From the NCBI GenBank assembly GCA_036785375.1, contig JAWMAR010000015.1:1798001-1862000 (forward strand): 64,000 nucleotides of DNA, written 5' to 3'. This document shows positions 63,541-64,000 of the stretch, in pieces. Positions within the stretch are counted from its first letter, which is position 1. The number at the start of each line of letters is the position of its first letter. The notes beneath the pieces were generated by a model. It made no database searches. It was not told the origin of the DNA and worked only from the letters and a program-made list of their open reading frames with translations. The translations under genes and the position numbers were made by a program. This stretch comes from Leucoraja ocellata (taxonomy: Eukaryota).

Positions 63541-64000
63541 ATGCTGTAAATCTGAAACATACACAGAAAACAAACAAATAGCACTGGATGTCAGGCAGCA
63601 TCTGTGGAAAGAGAAACAGAGCTAATGATTCAGGTCAAAGACTCTCCAGCTATCAAGGCATCTTGGACTGAAGACGTTAGGTATCTCTTCATAAGTTAAG
63701 TGATAGGAAACTAATTAGGCCCTTCAACCCATCTACTCCTCCTGGTTGATCTATTGTCTCCTCAGCCTGTTCTCCCCATAACCCGTGACACCCGTGCTAA
63801 TCAAGAATGTATCTATCTCTGCCTTAGCTTCTATTTCCACTGGCGCTACCGCTGTTGTTTTAGTGTGTTCTTGAGATTGTTTGCGTCTTCTGGTATCTCC
63901 CAGCTGGGAGGAAGAGGTTGCTATTCCAGCATGTTGTGTCTGTCTTGTCCAGTCATGGGTCTGCCGGTTGGTGTAGATGCATGGAGGATCCTCTGTTCCA

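Overview
Non-coding, repeat-rich vertebrate DNA. The repeat families (HE1-type V-SINEs, HER1/CR1 LINEs, Deu-domain SINEs) point to a cartilaginous fish, probably a skate or ray (inference). No host protein-coding gene is recognisable, and every identifiable ORF is transposon-derived (CR1 RT, Rex1/Babar EN and RT, Ty3/Gypsy RT). Bases 1-23176 recur at about 25245-47661 on the far side of a 200-N gap (23177-23376). The copies differ by scattered substitutions, small indels and several presence/absence insertions, so this is either an uncollapsed haplotype overlap or a real tandem duplication. Main points of interest: (1) an abundant, often palindromic short repeat carrying a minimal hammerhead-ribozyme core of the Penelope-like type; (2) a CsRn1-like Gypsy element whose primer-binding site is a 38-nt copy of the 3' half of tRNA-Trp fused directly to pol; (3) a minus-strand candidate recursive-splice site with a 50-nt exon; (4) hAT-, Harbinger- and Tc1/pogo-type MITEs, most with clear TIRs and TSDs; (5) unique blocks that look like enhancers. 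Boundaries of SINE/LINE fragments are approximate and were read by eye.
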